In this document: positions 8,593-17,004 of the stretch, piece after piece
How positions within the stretch are numbered: the first letter of the stretch is position 1
How the letters are laid out: every line of letters begins with the position of its first letter
Virus record (IMG/VR): IMGVR_UViG_3300048598_000487
Span: 1 to 39,040 of that record
Length of the DNA: 39,040 nt
Strand: one strand, 5' to 3'
Source of the DNA: a virus
Taxonomy: Duplodnaviria; Caudoviricetes
Position numbers and translations under genes: made by a program
The notes under the pieces: generated by a model
The model's input: the letters and a program-made list of their open reading frames with translations, nothing else
Databases searched by the model: none
Told to the model about the DNA's origin: nothing

Positions 8593-8894
8593 CCCGTCAC
8601 AGCCCGTTCACCAGGCGGGGACGCCAGATGCTCCTGCACCTGCGGAGGAACGACCCTGACGCGCTGCTTAAGGACAGCGACCGGCGAGCGTTCACCCAGC
8701 CGGGGATAGCCAAGGAACTCGGGGCCAGCCGCGGGACGACCTCCGATCTTCTCCGCGTGTTCACCGACGAGGGGTTGGTCATCCAGGGCCGGACAGTGGT
8801 CGGAGGCCAGGGAGCGACCCCGTACACCTACATTCTCACCGACAAGGGCCGAGCCGCCGCCAAGCTCGTCGCGCTGCTGGAGGAACAGTCATGA
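8589..8894 (+). CDS. Winged-helix DNA-binding protein
   Basis: FTQPGIAKELGASRGTTSDLLRVFTDEGLV...YILTDKG. Confidence 0.8.
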   Translation: MTRHSPFTRRGRQMLLHLRRNDPDALLKDSDRRAFTQPGIAKELGASRGTTSDLLRVFTDEGLVIQGRTVVGGQGATPYTYILTDKGRAAAKLVALLEEQS

Positions 8895-9208
8895 ACATCG
8901 CGGTCATCGATCACGTCATCGCGACGTCACTGGACCTCCGGGAGCGCGTCATCGTTTACCTGGCCGCCCTTCCTCCATGCGAGCCGGGAGCGTTCGACGC
9001 GGAGAGGACCACGGACCGCATAGCGAGGACGCTGGGCAGCTCCACCGCGAACATGTACCGCACGATCACGCTGATGGAGGCCGAGCGGCTCATCAGATCG
9101 GACCGGACCTATCCGAACCGAGGCAGCCAGCGCGGGTACACCTCGGTCTGGTCGCTCACCGAGGACGGGCGCAAGTTGGCCGAGGCCATCAGGGAGAGGA
9201 TGACATGA
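8891..9208 (+). CDS. Winged-helix DNA-binding protein
   Basis: IARTLGSSTANMYRTITLMEAERLI...WSLTEDG. Confidence 0.8.
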   Translation: MNIAVIDHVIATSLDLRERVIVYLAALPPCEPGAFDAERTTDRIARTLGSSTANMYRTITLMEAERLIRSDRTYPNRGSQRGYTSVWSLTEDGRKLAEAIRERMT

Positions 9209-9402
9209 GCGCCGCGGGCTCGACGATCGTCATACCCTGCCGGTGCGAGAACGGCCGTCCCTGCGGCAAGACCATGGAGGTCAGGACGATCGGCAAGATG
9301 ACCATGCTCAACATCGTCGGTCATGACGACAGCAAGGGCATGATGCTCATCGACGAGGACCGCCGCAAGCTGATCGAGGCGCTCGGAGGCGAGGCCCGAT
9401 GA
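9205..9402 (+). CDS. Hypothetical protein
   Basis: ATGA coupling at both ends. Confidence 0.6.
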   Translation: MSAAGSTIVIPCRCENGRPCGKTMEVRTIGKMTMLNIVGHDDSKGMMLIDEDRRKLIEALGGEAR

Positions 9403-9692
9403 GCTATTCAGAACTGTACGTGACCTGCGCTGACGCCTTCGAGGACCAGGCCCCGCTCAAGGGCAAGGGGCTGCTGGTCAAGGAGTTCCCCGAGAAGGTC
9501 GTCGTGGCGGTGACCGCCGACGAGCCCGTAGAGTTCGAGCTCGAGGGCCTGATGGGGTGCACCATCGAGCCGTTCTATTTCTACATCTGGAAGAACGGCT
9601 GGCTGGCCACTATCCTGGCTCCCGACGGCGGGCCTATTATGGGGAGGGGCATGGAGGATGAACTGATCAGGATCATCGGAGGCAGAGCATGA
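9399..9692 (+). CDS. Hypothetical protein
   Basis: ATGA coupling, GC3 bias. Confidence 0.65.
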   Translation: MSYSELYVTCADAFEDQAPLKGKGLLVKEFPEKVVVAVTADEPVEFELEGLMGCTIEPFYFYIWKNGWLATILAPDGGPIMGRGMEDELIRIIGGRA

Positions 9693-10255
9693 TCCGCAGC
9701 CACGTCAGCGGCGACTCGATCGTCAACCGCGTTTACTGCGATGAATGCGGTTGGCGCCTCTCCCTCCACTATAAGGACGAGATGGGGGACGATTTCGGAC
9801 CGGGAGATGACGACTATCTCCACCCGATGAAGGCCGAGCAGCACCTCTGCCCGATCTGTTTCAATCGCATCATGAAGCGCGCGGTGCGATCGCACTGCCA
9901 CACCGACTGCCGCACCAAGCCCTGCGAGCGTGGCCACGACTGCTGGGTCAACCCCTTCCCGCAGCTCATGTACCTGCACTACGTCTCGCAGCGCGTCGGG
10001 AACTTCCATCCGCACGTCCCTCGGCTCCTCGAGCTGACCTTCGGGCGGGTCGAGGGCAAGTGCTGCGCGCATCCCAAGCGCGTCCGGACGGCCTATTTCG
10101 ATGAGGACCATGGCACCGAGTATGAGGACCTCTGCGATGGTTGCGGCAAGTACTGCGACTGGGCAGAGTGCGATCACCAATGTTCTTGCTACGGCGAGGA
10201 CGGCGTGGAGATCGACATCAGGACAGGCCGGCAGATCACGGAGATGATCTCATGA
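9689..10255 (+). CDS. Cys/His-rich multi-zinc protein
   Basis: Multiple CxxC motifs (CDEC, CPIC, CDGC). Confidence 0.65.
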   Translation: MIRSHVSGDSIVNRVYCDECGWRLSLHYKDEMGDDFGPGDDDYLHPMKAEQHLCPICFNRIMKRAVRSHCHTDCRTKPCERGHDCWVNPFPQLMYLHYVSQRVGNFHPHVPRLLELTFGRVEGKCCAHPKRVRTAYFDEDHGTEYEDLCDGCGKYCDWAECDHQCSCYGEDGVEIDIRTGRQITEMIS

Positions 10256-10983
10256 CACGCTCCATCGGGGCGACAAGATTGGAGTGCTGTCTGCGTTACA
10301 CCAAATGTGAACCGTGGGCATATGGGAGTTGCGCGGATTGCGAATTTCGTCCCCTCAAGATCTATCAAGGAAACAGTCTCAAGCGGTCAGTCGTCCGATT
10401 TTGCAACGAGCACGGCGTCGGCATCATGATGTGCACGGACTGGCGGAACCCTATGAAGTTTCCCTATTATGCCCTGGACAATGGCGCCTACTCTGCCTGG
10501 TCCAACGGACGGGAGTGGGACGAGGAGCACTTTCTCAAGATATTGGTTCGGGCGATGGTGGCTATCAGGCAACCAGACTTCGTCGTTGTGCCCGACCAGG
10601 TCGCTGCTGGGGGGGATTCCCTGCGCTTCTCGGTGAAATGGATCAAGAGACTTCCCGAGTTTCCCGGCACGCGATACATGCTGGCGGTGCAGGATGGTAT
10701 GGAAGAGGAGGAAGTTCACAATGCGCTCAAAAAGTGGGACTTCGGTGGGCTATTTGTCGGGGGGACGATGGGCTGGAAGCTCAAGACTTCGCCGCAGTGG
10801 GTAGATCTTGCGCATCACCATCACATGCCGTGCCACATAGGACGCATAGGGCCGTGGCATCGCATTCTATGGGCAGCCAGGATAGGGGCCGACAGCATAG
10901 ACTCAACCACCTGGGTGCAGCAGGACAGGCTGCATCACATCACCGACGCCAAGATGCAGCAGACACTCGGGACGGTGGTCTAA
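10252..10983 (+). CDS. TGT-fold (DpdA-like) base-exchange enzyme
   Basis: ALDNGAYS, VVPD, AVQDG, LFVGG, CHIGR, GADSIDSTTW match tRNA-guanine transglycosylase-like barrels of viral DNA-modification loci. Confidence 0.7.
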   Translation: MTRSIGATRLECCLRYTKCEPWAYGSCADCEFRPLKIYQGNSLKRSVVRFCNEHGVGIMMCTDWRNPMKFPYYALDNGAYSAWSNGREWDEEHFLKILVRAMVAIRQPDFVVVPDQVAAGGDSLRFSVKWIKRLPEFPGTRYMLAVQDGMEEEEVHNALKKWDFGGLFVGGTMGWKLKTSPQWVDLAHHHHMPCHIGRIGPWHRILWAARIGADSIDSTTWVQQDRLHHITDAKMQQTLGTVV

Positions 10984-11411
10984 TGGTCATCCTCTCGTTC
11001 AGCGTCAAGGAGGCCGAGATCCAGGCGGGGGTAAAGATCAGGACCACCAGGGTCTACACTCCGGAGAAGCACGCGCTATGGCAGCGCACGCTGGTCGGCG
11101 GGGACAAGACCCTCCAGGGCTGGTGGAAATCTCGCCGCCCGGAGGGGTACAAGCTGTTCGATCGGCAGGGGCACGATCTTTTCCGCATGAAATGGGAGCG
11201 GAGTGAGAAGGGCGAAACCCTCATTCCTGCTCGGGAATTAGTTCCGATGTCGGGACGCTTCATTACTATGGAGCCCATCGAAGCATGGCAGTACATCAAC
11301 GAGGAAGGCTTCAACGGAGACCTGAAGGAGCTGAGCATGTTCTTCGAGGAACATTACCCGAACGTCGAGGACATCATCTTCCAATCCATCGCCTTCCCCC
11401 CGGAGGAGTAA
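10983..11411 (+). CDS. ASCH (PUA-like) domain protein
   Basis: ILSFSVKEAEIQAGVKIRTTR (GxKxxTxR) ... EEGFNGDLKELSMFFEEHY; TAATG coupling to the TGT-like gene. Confidence 0.7.
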   Translation: MVILSFSVKEAEIQAGVKIRTTRVYTPEKHALWQRTLVGGDKTLQGWWKSRRPEGYKLFDRQGHDLFRMKWERSEKGETLIPARELVPMSGRFITMEPIEAWQYINEEGFNGDLKELSMFFEEHYPNVEDIIFQSIAFPPEE

Positions 11412-13544
11412 ATGGCCGTACCGCAGTCGGCCGCAGGGGACGCAGCGTTGACCGCCTCCGGAGTCTCCGACGTCTCTCGATGGGAGGCGTTCTTCCAGGG
11501 CACCGAGTACATGCAGAGGGTCCGCGAGGTCGCCGACCTATACCCCGAGGTCCGCAGCGTCAACGTCAAGTACGATGACCTGGACCGATTCGACGCCGAC
11601 CTCGCCGCCAGCCTGCTGGAGCACCCCGACCTGTACCTCCTGGCGGGCAAGCAGGCGATGAAGAACCTGATGCACCAGGACATGCGCGGCGCGGACATCG
11701 CGGTGCGCGTCGACCGCCTGCCCCGCGACGCCAGGGTCAACATCCGCGACCTGCGCGGCAAGTACCTCGGCCGCCTGGTGAGCTTCGAAGCGTTGGTAAC
11801 GCGCGCCACGCAGGTGAAGAGCGACGTGCGCATCGGGCGGTTCAAGTGCCTGCGGTGCGGGCATACCATTACCCAGGAGATGGAGGGACAGCACTTCTCC
11901 GAGCCGATGGAGTGCGCCAAGGAACAGGACGGCTGCGGACGCTCGGCCGCCTCCACCCGGTTCAAGTTCCTCCCGGACATGACCGTCACCCAGGACATCC
12001 AGAAGATCGAGTGCCAGGAGCCGCTGGAGAATGCGCGCGGGGGCACTTCCCCGGCCCGCGTCACAGTGTGGCTGACCGGCGAGCTGGCCGGGGCGGTAAG
12101 CGCGGGGAACCGCGTCATCGTCAACGGCATGCCGAAGATGGTGAGGCAGGGAAATCCTCCAAAGAGCACGATCATGGAGACCGACGTCGACGCGGTGAGC
12201 GTCGAAGTGCAAGGACAGGAGTTCGGCGAGCTGGAGATATGCGACGAGGATCGCGAGCGCATCGAGGCGATGGCACGCTCCCCGCTGCTGTACCAGGACC
12301 TCATCGCCTCGATCTCGCCGAGCATCCGCGGCTATGAGATGGAGAAAGCGGGGCTCCTTCTGCAGCTGTTCGGCGGCGTCCCCAAGGTCCTCGACGACGG
12401 CACGCGGCTGCGCGGCGACATCCACATCCTGCTGGTCGGCGATCCAGGGGTCGCGAAGAGCGCGATGGTGCGGTACATGTCGCGGCTCGCGCCGCGCGGG
12501 GTGTTCGCCAGCGGCAAATCGTCCAGCGCGGCTGGCCTGACCTGCGCGGCCACCAAGGACGGCGATTGGGGCGAGGGCCGGTGGACGCTGGAGGCCGGGG
12601 CCATGGTCCTCGCCGACAACGGGTTCCTGGGCGTGGACGAGCTGGACAAGATGAAGGACGAGGACCGCTCGTCCATGCACGAGGGAATGGAGCAGCAGCA
12701 GATCCACTATAACAAGGCGGGCATCGCCGCCACGCTGCAGACGCGCTGCTCCATACTCGCAGCCATGAACCCGGAGGACGGGAGGTTCGACGGCAACCGC
12801 ACGCTGGTAGAGCAGCTGGACATACCGGACACGCTGGTCAGCAGGTTCGACGCCATCTTCCTGATCCAGGACCGGCCCAACGTGCAGCGGGACACCGACA
12901 TCTCCGGGCACATCCTCCAGTCGCACCGCCGCGGCGGTGCGCTCGCCAACATCGGTGAGGAGGGCATGGCCGGAATCCTGCAGGAGACGGAAGAGGTGGC
13001 CCCCAGATACGACGCGGAGATAATGCGCAAGTACGTGGCCTACGCGCGTCGCATCAAGCCGGTGCTGACGGTCGAGGCCATCGGCGCGATACAGCAGCAC
13101 TACGTCGGCATCCGCAAGCTCGGCGAGGGGGACGACAAGGCGGTGCCGATCACCGCGCGTCAGCTCGAGGGCTACGTGCGCATGGCCGAGGCTTCGGCGC
13201 GATCGCGGCTGTCGCGGTGGGTGCAAGCGCAGGACGCCAAGCGCGCGATCGACGTGGTCGAGTACTACCTGAATCTCTTCACCCCGACCAACGGCGGCCT
13301 GCGGGACATCGACGCAGTGATGGCGCCGATGCCGAAGAACAAGCGCGACAAGGTGCGCGCGGTCCTGGACATCATAAGGACCGGGGGCAGCGAGGGCATA
13401 TCGATCATGGAGGTGTGCGAGGTCGCCGACGAGAAGCTCAAGCTGGACGAGGACGAGGTCAAGGAAATGATCCAGAAGCTGCTGCAGCGCGGCTCGATCA
13501 CCGAGGTCGACGCGGCCAGGGGCGTAATGAAGGTGGTCAAGTGA
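11412..13544 (+). CDS. mcm: MCM replicative helicase
   Basis: Zn finger CLRC...C..C, Walker A GDPGVAKS, WTLEAGAMVLAD, Walker B VDELDKM, SRFD, ITARQLE, C-terminal wHTH. Confidence 0.97.
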   Translation: MAVPQSAAGDAALTASGVSDVSRWEAFFQGTEYMQRVREVADLYPEVRSVNVKYDDLDRFDADLAASLLEHPDLYLLAGKQAMKNLMHQDMRGADIAVRVDRLPRDARVNIRDLRGKYLGRLVSFEALVTRATQVKSDVRIGRFKCLRCGHTITQEMEGQHFSEPMECAKEQDGCGRSAASTRFKFLPDMTVTQDIQKIECQEPLENARGGTSPARVTVWLTGELAGAVSAGNRVIVNGMPKMVRQGNPPKSTIMETDVDAVSVEVQGQEFGELEICDEDRERIEAMARSPLLYQDLIASISPSIRGYEMEKAGLLLQLFGGVPKVLDDGTRLRGDIHILLVGDPGVAKSAMVRYMSRLAPRGVFASGKSSSAAGLTCAATKDGDWGEGRWTLEAGAMVLADNGFLGVDELDKMKDEDRSSMHEGMEQQQIHYNKAGIAATLQTRCSILAAMNPEDGRFDGNRTLVEQLDIPDTLVSRFDAIFLIQDRPNVQRDTDISGHILQSHRRGGALANIGEEGMAGILQETEEVAPRYDAEIMRKYVAYARRIKPVLTVEAIGAIQQHYVGIRKLGEGDDKAVPITARQLEGYVRMAEASARSRLSRWVQAQDAKRAIDVVEYYLNLFTPTNGGLRDIDAVMAPMPKNKRDKVRAVLDIIRTGGSEGISIMEVCEVADEKLKLDEDEVKEMIQKLLQRGSITEVDAARGVMKVVK

Positions 13545-13780
13545 AGTTCATCTGTCCAACGTGCGGTGGGGAAGGAGTACTCCAGCCGTTCGTTTATCCG
13601 TACTTTGTGAAGGGGCTCATCAGGAGAAGATACTTCGCGATGTGCTCCTGCCCCAATTGCTTCCGCAGGACTGTGGTCAGATCATCATTTGACGCCGAGA
13701 TGACACGCTCCCAGTTCAAGCAGCTCCTAGTAGAGATAGAGGCGCGTTCCAGGACGCCGATCGGGAGGGTGGATGATTGA
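13541..13780 (+). CDS. Zn-finger protein
   Basis: GTG start; CPTC...CPNC. Confidence 0.6.
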   Translation: MKFICPTCGGEGVLQPFVYPYFVKGLIRRRYFAMCSCPNCFRRTVVRSSFDAEMTRSQFKQLLVEIEARSRTPIGRVDD

Positions 13781-14803
13781 ATGAAGGTCGGCTCACTCTT
13801 CACTGGCATCGGAGGGCTGGACCTCGGCCTGGAGCGTGCGGGCATGGAGGTCGCCTGGCAATGCGAGGTCGACCCGTTCTGCCGGGAGATACTGCGGAAG
13901 AACTGGCCGGGGGTGCCGGTCTATGACGACATTCGAGGAATACGACGGGTACGAGGAGGAGCAACGAGAACTGGAGGAGGACCTGGAGGCGTGGCGGGAG
14001 GAGTTCTGGAAGAGCTATCGCCCGTTCTCCCGCAACATAGCGACGAGGGAACAGGCGGAGCGGTCGATCGGGTCGATGTCCTGGTGGGCGGATTCCCATG
14101 CCAGGACCTCAGCGTGGCGGGCCGCGGTGCGGGCCTTAAAGGCGAACGAAGCGGACTGTGGTTTGAGATGCTCAGATGCATTCGCCTGGTTCGACCCAAG
14201 TACGCTGTCGTGGAGAACGTTCCAGGTCTCGTTAACCGGGGACTCAACGCCGTTCTTGGGGGTCTGGCCCTTAGCTCTTATGATGCGGAGGTCGATTGTA
14301 TATCGGCGGCAGCCGTCGGGGCGTGCCATCGACGCGATAGGATCTTCATCGTTGCCTACCCCGAGCGCGACGCCGTATGGGACGAACCGGTCACCGAGCA
14401 ACGGAGCGAGGGTCCGACCCTCGCTCCAGACAATGGCATCGAAGAACCTCTGGCCGACGCCCTGGGCGTCGGCCTCGCACGGGGCAGGCCTGCACGGAAA
14501 GGGAGGGATGGACCTACAGACGGCGGTCAAGCAAGGGGAGTCGGCCAGGCCGACTCCCCGCTCTCACTGCGTGGACATGGGCACGCTCCTGATGGCGAAG
14601 TATTCGGGCCAGGCGCGAAAGAAGCGCTTGCCCGGTTCCGACTACGATCCCGAGAATGGTGGGATGCTGAACCCGACGTGGGTCGAGTGGCTGATGGGGT
14701 TCCCCATCGGGTGGACAGACTCAGATGCCTCGGAAACGCCGTCGTCCCCCAGGTCGCGGAAGCAATAGGGGAAGCGATCATAAGATGGGAAGGGCTGGCA
14801 TGA
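13781..14803 (+). CDS. C5-cytosine DNA methyltransferase, large (alpha) subunit lacking motif IX
   Basis: Motifs I FTGIGG, IV GGFPCQ, VI ENV, VIII HRRDRIF, X LGNAVVP. Confidence 0.92.
   Translation: MKVGSLFTGIGGLDLGLERAGMEVAWQCEVDPFCREILRKNWPGVPVYDDIRGIRRVRGGATRTGGGPGGVAGGVLEELSPVLPQHSDEGTGGAVDRVDVLVGGFPCQDLSVAGRGAGLKGERSGLWFEMLRCIRLVRPKYAVVENVPGLVNRGLNAVLGGLALSSYDAEVDCISAAAVGACHRRDRIFIVAYPERDAVWDEPVTEQRSEGPTLAPDNGIEEPLADALGVGLARGRPARKGRDGPTDGGQARGVGQADSPLSLRGHGHAPDGEVFGPGAKEALARFRLRSREWWDAEPDVGRVADGVPHRVDRLRCLGNAVVPQVAEAIGEAIIRWEGLA
13923..14768 (+). CDS. Nested +1-frame small (beta) subunit of the C5 methyltransferase
   Basis: Open +1 frame wholly inside the alpha gene; GGGGTG RBS before ATG 13923; LPTP/WPTP/RPTP repeats; motif IX-like LNPTWVEWLMGFPIGWT. 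Confidence 0.75.
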   Translation: MTTFEEYDGYEEEQRELEEDLEAWREEFWKSYRPFSRNIATREQAERSIGSMSWWADSHARTSAWRAAVRALKANEADCGLRCSDAFAWFDPSTLSWRTFQVSLTGDSTPFLGVWPLALMMRRSIVYRRQPSGRAIDAIGSSSLPTPSATPYGTNRSPSNGARVRPSLQTMASKNLWPTPWASASHGAGLHGKGGMDLQTAVKQGESARPTPRSHCVDMGTLLMAKYSGQARKKRLPGSDYDPENGGMLNPTWVEWLMGFPIGWTDSDASETPSSPRSRKQ

Positions 14804-15225
14804 CCGCATCATGTCAGCCGTGGTGGTCCGCAAAGCAGGACATCGGGACCCCTAGAGATCTCTTCGATCTGCTAGATGCCGAGTTTCATTTCAGTCTCGA
14901 CCCATGCTCTACCGATGCCAATGCTAAATGCGCTCGACATTACACCCCCGAGCAGGACGGTCTGGCGCAGAGATGGGACGGGGCGGTGTTCATCAACCCC
15001 CCATATGGAAAGATAGATCCGTGGGTGGAGAAGGCGTTGCGGGAGATAGATCACTGTGAAGTCATCGTCTTCCTGGTCCCATCTAGGACAGACCGCCCAT
15101 GGTTCCATGCCCTTCTACGTGGGGGGGCGGAGTTGAGATGGCTGGATCATCGCATACAGTTCGAGGGAATGAAACACAAGGCAATGTTCGCCTGTTTCGT
15201 CGCAATACTGAGGGGGCCGCGGTAA
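14800..15225 (+). CDS. Phage-type DNA N6-adenine methyltransferase (Dam family)
   Basis: TPRDLFDLLDAEFHFSLDPC...DGLAQRW...FINPPYG...LVPSRTD. Confidence 0.9.
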   Translation: MTASCQPWWSAKQDIGTPRDLFDLLDAEFHFSLDPCSTDANAKCARHYTPEQDGLAQRWDGAVFINPPYGKIDPWVEKALREIDHCEVIVFLVPSRTDRPWFHALLRGGAELRWLDHRIQFEGMKHKAMFACFVAILRGPR

Positions 15226-15226
15226 C

Positions 15227-15475
15227 ATGACTGCCTCCGACGATCCATGGGCGGCGCTCACCATCGTCTACGACCCGGAGGACCTGGAGAGTCTGGTAGC
15301 CACGCTCTATAACGATCCGGCGGTGCGCGTCGAGGACATCCCCGACCGAATTAACCTGGATATGACGGCACGCGGCTGCGAGTTCAGGCTCAGCAATCGA
15401 ATCCTGCAGCGCGTCCTCCGGTCGCTGCGAGAGCAGGAGCGCATCCCCGCGGTCAAGCCGCACCGGCGGCGGTGA
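15227..15475 (+). CDS. Hypothetical protein
   Basis: 82 aa, last gene of the early operon. Confidence 0.6.
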   Translation: MTASDDPWAALTIVYDPEDLESLVATLYNDPAVRVEDIPDRINLDMTARGCEFRLSNRILQRVLRSLREQERIPAVKPHRRR

Positions 15476-15770
15476 CCGGAACCGCGGCGCAATAGCCAAA
15501 TACACCCCGCTCAATAATGCGGATCAAGGGCCTGAGAAGCTCCGTCTCCTAACGAGTTTTCGACGGGCCCCGGGGCGGTGGCATCGGAACCACCGAACGC
15601 GCCGCCCCTCCCATTTCTCGCAAAACACCACGATAATTATCAAGTGCACCACCACCCCGTCATCGGTCCGGAGATAGCTCTGGCAGAGAGATGGGATGCC
15701 CTCCGGCCGTGCGGTACACCCGTCGGTCGGAGCAATGCTCGGAGCGATCGCCGATCGTGAGGTGAGTTCT

Positions 15771-16004
15771 ATGGATATTCCAAAGCACAAGCTATGGCTA
15801 GTCTGGTGGATGACATGGGGCGACAAGATCCACAGCCGCTTCCATGAGCGCCGGGACCGCGCCGAGGAGCACGTCATGGAGCTGCAACGCCGCAAGGACG
15901 TAATAGCGCTGCAGTACGGAGAGGTGGAGAACTGCCTCGCCGTCACCGACGATTGGAAGAAGAAGTTCATCGAGAACCATCCCGAGCTGTTCGAGAGGGA
16001 GTGA
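15771..16004 (+). CDS. Hypothetical protein
   Basis: Perfect GAGGTGA RBS before ATG 15771. Confidence 0.7.
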   Translation: MDIPKHKLWLVWWMTWGDKIHSRFHERRDRAEEHVMELQRRKDVIALQYGEVENCLAVTDDWKKKFIENHPELFERE

Positions 16005-16009
16005 GCTCC

Positions 16010-16186
16010 ATGGCGACGATCATCAAGTGCGCGATCGACGGGGAGCCGTGCAACCTGAGCGGAGGACGATGCCGCCACCTCAAGGACTGGTCCGGCAAGT
16101 GCACCAGCAGACAGAAGGAGAAGGTGAGGCGCAAGATCCCCGAGCCGAAGAGCAGGCCATGGATCCGCGAGCCCGAGGAGCTGTAA
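16010..16186 (+). CDS. Small Cys-containing basic protein
   Basis: GGGAGTGA RBS; four Cys. Confidence 0.55.
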   Translation: MATIIKCAIDGEPCNLSGGRCRHLKDWSGKCTSRQKEKVRRKIPEPKSRPWIREPEEL

Positions 16187-16195
16187 AGGGATCGG

Positions 16196-16438
16196 ATGCG
16201 CAGCTACCACAAGAGGTTGCTCAACGAGGCGTACCGTACGCTAAGCGCCCGGAAGAAAAGCTTCGACTACATGGATGTAATGCGGCTGCTTCCGTCAGGC
16301 GATCACTCGCCGATCGAGCGCGAGGTATGGCGGGAGATGCGGGCTTCCAAGGACCTGGAGCTGGTGACGCCTGGAACGAAGCACCGGCGGGCGAGGTATA
16401 GGCTAAAGCCAGGGAGGCGGCGGCCGCGCCGTCATTAA
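16196..16438 (+). CDS. Basic hypothetical protein (possible wHTH)
   Basis: 80 aa, helix-helix-wing pattern. Confidence 0.55.
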   Translation: MRSYHKRLLNEAYRTLSARKKSFDYMDVMRLLPSGDHSPIEREVWREMRASKDLELVTPGTKHRRARYRLKPGRRRPRRH

Positions 16439-16467
16439 TAAGAGTCATCCCCGGGTCTGAACAGGGG

Positions 16468-17004
16468 ATGGGAGCGAAGCGCAAGGGCACGGCCAGCAAG
16501 ATTACGAAAGCACCAACGAAGGCCGCACCCCCCACCCCCGCGCCCGCATACCCGCCTGGCCCGCGCAAATGCAAGCACGCCAAGAAGAACGGCAAGCCCT
16601 GCCGCGCCCCACCCCTCAAGGACAGCGACTTCTGCCTGGCCCACGATCCCCGCCCGGAGATCCGCGCAAAGCTCGCCAAGTCGAGCAGCGCGGGCGGAGA
16701 GGCCAAGGCCGCGAAGGACAGCATCCAGTGGGACCGCATTGAGGTCACCGACCGCGAGTCGCTGCGCAAGTTCGTGGACCAGGTCGTCGATCAGGTAGCG
16801 CGGGGGAAGATGCAGCCCAAGATCTCCTACGCCCTCGCCCCGCACCTGACGCTCCTGGTCAAGCTGTTCGAGCCGACGGACGCGGACCCGGCACCTCCGG
16901 CGTCGCAGGACGCCGAGATCCTCCCCGCGGTATTGGAGGTCCTCGACGCGCACCCCGAGGCCAAGGCCGAGATGATCAAGCGCATGGAGATGATCTCCAA
17001 GTGA
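16468..17004 (+). CDS. Terminase small subunit (putative)
   Basis: Directly upstream of and overlapping terL; CKHAKKNGKPCRA...FCLAHDP Zn-like motif. Confidence 0.7.
   Translation: MGAKRKGTASKITKAPTKAAPPTPAPAYPPGPRKCKHAKKNGKPCRAPPLKDSDFCLAHDPRPEIRAKLAKSSSAGGEAKAAKDSIQWDRIEVTDRESLRKFVDQVVDQVARGKMQPKISYALAPHLTLLVKLFEPTDADPAPPASQDAEILPAVLEVLDAHPEAKAEMIKRMEMISK

Noticed and set aside
15663-15710. tRNA-like TAGCTCTGGCAGAG segment
   Set aside because: No T-arm or acceptor end; cannot be folded into a cloverleaf.
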